Assembly (NCBI RefSeq): GCF_003334385.1
Contig: NZ_QOWN01000208.1
Direction: 5' to 3' (one strand)
DNA from: Escherichia coli
GTDB taxonomy: Bacteria > Pseudomonadota > Gammaproteobacteria > Enterobacterales > Enterobacteriaceae
DNA length: 308 nucleotides
Under the pieces are notes generated by a model. That model saw nothing but the letters and a program-made list of their open reading frames with translations. It did no database searches and was not told where the DNA came from. Position numbers and translations under genes: made by a program. How positions within the stretch are numbered: the stretch's first letter is position 1; each line of letters starts with the position of its first letter. Shown in pieces: positions 1-308 of the stretch.

Positions 1-1
1 A

Positions 2-55
2 CCGCCACTTGCCATTCCGTACAGAAGTCGGATATCCTTCGCCCGAAAAGCATGA
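2..55 (+). CDS. Possible 3' end of an upstream protein-coding gene (partial; C-terminus ...PPLAIPYRSRISFARKA, TGA stop at 53-55)
   Basis: Of the three forward frames, only frame 2 has a stop (TGA 53-55; next in-frame TAA 74-76) before the terminator at 81-115; frames 1 and 3 read through the hairpin. If a forward-strand gene ends before the terminator, it must be in this frame. Only 17 codons are visible, several are rare (AGA, CGG, ATA, CGA), and the product cannot be identified. The gene may equally have ended upstream of the window. Confidence 0.2.
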   Translation, partial: PPLAIPYRSRISFARKA

Positions 56-80
56 AACACATTTCTGCCATGCTAAAGAG

Positions 81-115
81 AAACCCCGGTATCAGCAGAT
101 ACCGGGGTTTTCTTT
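81..115 (+). terminator. Rho-independent (intrinsic) transcription terminator
   Basis: Perfect inverted repeat: left arm AAACCCCGGTATC (81-93) pairs with right arm GATACCGGGGTTT (98-110) around an AGCA loop (94-97). The GC-rich core is 10 bp (84-93 with 98-107), followed by the T-rich run TTTTCTTT (108-115). An A-rich stretch upstream (AAAGAGAAA) would give a weaker U-rich tract on the reverse strand, so it may act in both directions. Confidence 0.85.
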
Positions 116-182
116 CATGTCCACCGATAATCCTGTTGGTAAAAACCGGTAATGGCATAAAAATTCTGAATATCTTCACATT

Positions 183-210
183 TTCACAAACTGACTGTGG
201 CGCGTATAAT
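183..210 (+). promoter_or_regulatory. Sigma70-type promoter: -35 TTCACA (183-188), 16-bp spacer, -10 TATAAT (205-210); predicted start near G217
   Basis: The -10 hexamer matches the TATAAT consensus exactly and the -35 matches TTGACA at 5 of 6 positions, with 16-bp spacing. The region upstream (about 157-182) is A/T-rich and UP-element-like. A purine at 217 lies 7 nt past the -10. There is no extended -10 TG. Confidence 0.6.
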
Positions 211-216
211 TTCGCT

Positions 217-308
217 GCGTTAGTGTTTTTTTGCCCGAGTAACAAAAACAACTCCTTAACTCTAATCTTTGTCTGTCCCCGCAGCTCCGCGATCACTGCG
301 GGATTTTT
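217..308 (+). ncRNA. Candidate small regulatory RNA of about 90 nt (alternative: terminated 5' leader or attenuator of a gene beyond the window)
   Basis: The segment is bounded by the predicted promoter start (~217) and the intrinsic terminator at 278-308. It has no ATG; the only GTG (223-225) has no Shine-Dalgarno. It contains AACAAAAACAAC (241-252), an (ARN)4 pattern of the kind bound by the Hfq distal face, then CUCCUU (252-257), complementary to the AAGGAG Shine-Dalgarno consensus, and ends in a hairpin plus U-tail. I could not match it to any sRNA sequence I remember. Confidence 0.35.
278..308 (+). terminator. Rho-independent terminator (3' end of the candidate sRNA or leader)
   Basis: A 7-bp stem, CCCGCAG (278-284) pairing with CTGCGGG (296-302), with five G-C pairs and an 11-nt loop (285-295), followed by ATTTTT (303-308). 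The T-run reaches the window edge, so its full length is unknown. The T-tract lies 3' of the stem only on the forward strand, which gives the orientation. Confidence 0.65.

Noticed and set aside
50-74. Inverted repeat GCATG (50-54) / CATGC (70-74).
   Set aside because: Only 5 bp with a 15-nt loop and no T-tract; too weak to call a structure or a binding site.
145-150. ACCGGT palindrome.
   Set aside because: A 6-bp palindrome is expected by chance; it falls inside the CpxR-like spacer and has no independent support.
3-152. Forward frame 3 is open from 3 to a TAA at 150-152.
   Set aside because: It would translate through the entire terminator hairpin at 81-115, which is unlikely for a real gene; the frame 2 stop at 53-55 fits a gene end before the terminator better.
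116-216. PhoB-box or PhoP-box style direct repeats around the -35.
   Set aside because: The TTCACA repeats do not match the CTGTCAT or (T/G)GTTTA consensus half-sites well enough to propose them.
223-232. Run of seven T (226-232) near the 5' end of the candidate transcript, considered as a terminator U-tract.
   Set aside because: No stable GC-rich hairpin precedes it, so it is more likely a single-stranded U-rich segment than a terminator.
1-257. Reverse-strand AAGGAG (complement of 252-257) followed by in-frame TTG codons (249-251 and 243-245) opening a stop-free frame to the window start.
   Set aside because: The Shine-Dalgarno-like sequence is just the complement of the anti-SD motif on the forward transcript. 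The only candidate starts are TTG, the frame crosses the promoter and the 13-bp terminator hairpin, and the translation has no convincing protein character. An antisense small protein cannot be fully excluded without ribosome profiling.
1-308. Forward frame 1 has no stop codon across the whole window.
   Set aside because: It reads straight through two GC-rich terminator hairpins and a consensus promoter, has no ATG with a ribosome-binding site, and its translation looks low-complexity and non-protein-like. A stop-free 102-codon frame is uncommon but not extraordinary.
1-308. Scan for tRNA, rRNA, CRISPR repeats and mobile-element terminal inverted repeats.
   Set aside because: No cloverleaf-compatible segment, no repeat-spacer periodicity and no terminal inverted repeats or target-site duplications are visible at this scale.

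Overview
This 308-bp window appears to be mostly non-coding and regulatory, read entirely by eye with no searches run. A strong intrinsic terminator sits at 81-115. Downstream, a near-consensus sigma70-type promoter (-35 TTCACA 183-188, 16-bp spacer, -10 TATAAT 205-210) would start a transcript near 217 that ends about 90 nt later at a second hairpin plus T-tract (278-308). That transcript has no ATG and no forward-strand Shine-Dalgarno, and it carries an (ARN)4 tract and a CUCCUU anti-SD-like motif, so the most economical reading is a small regulatory RNA; a terminated 5' leader of a gene beyond the window is the main alternative. I do not recognise it as a named sRNA. The first ~55 nt may be the 3' end of an upstream forward-strand gene, but that is weakly supported. 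Two candidate transcription-factor motifs upstream of the promoter (CpxR-like, CRP-like) are single-mismatch matches and speculative. No tRNA, rRNA, CRISPR array or mobile-element signature is visible.
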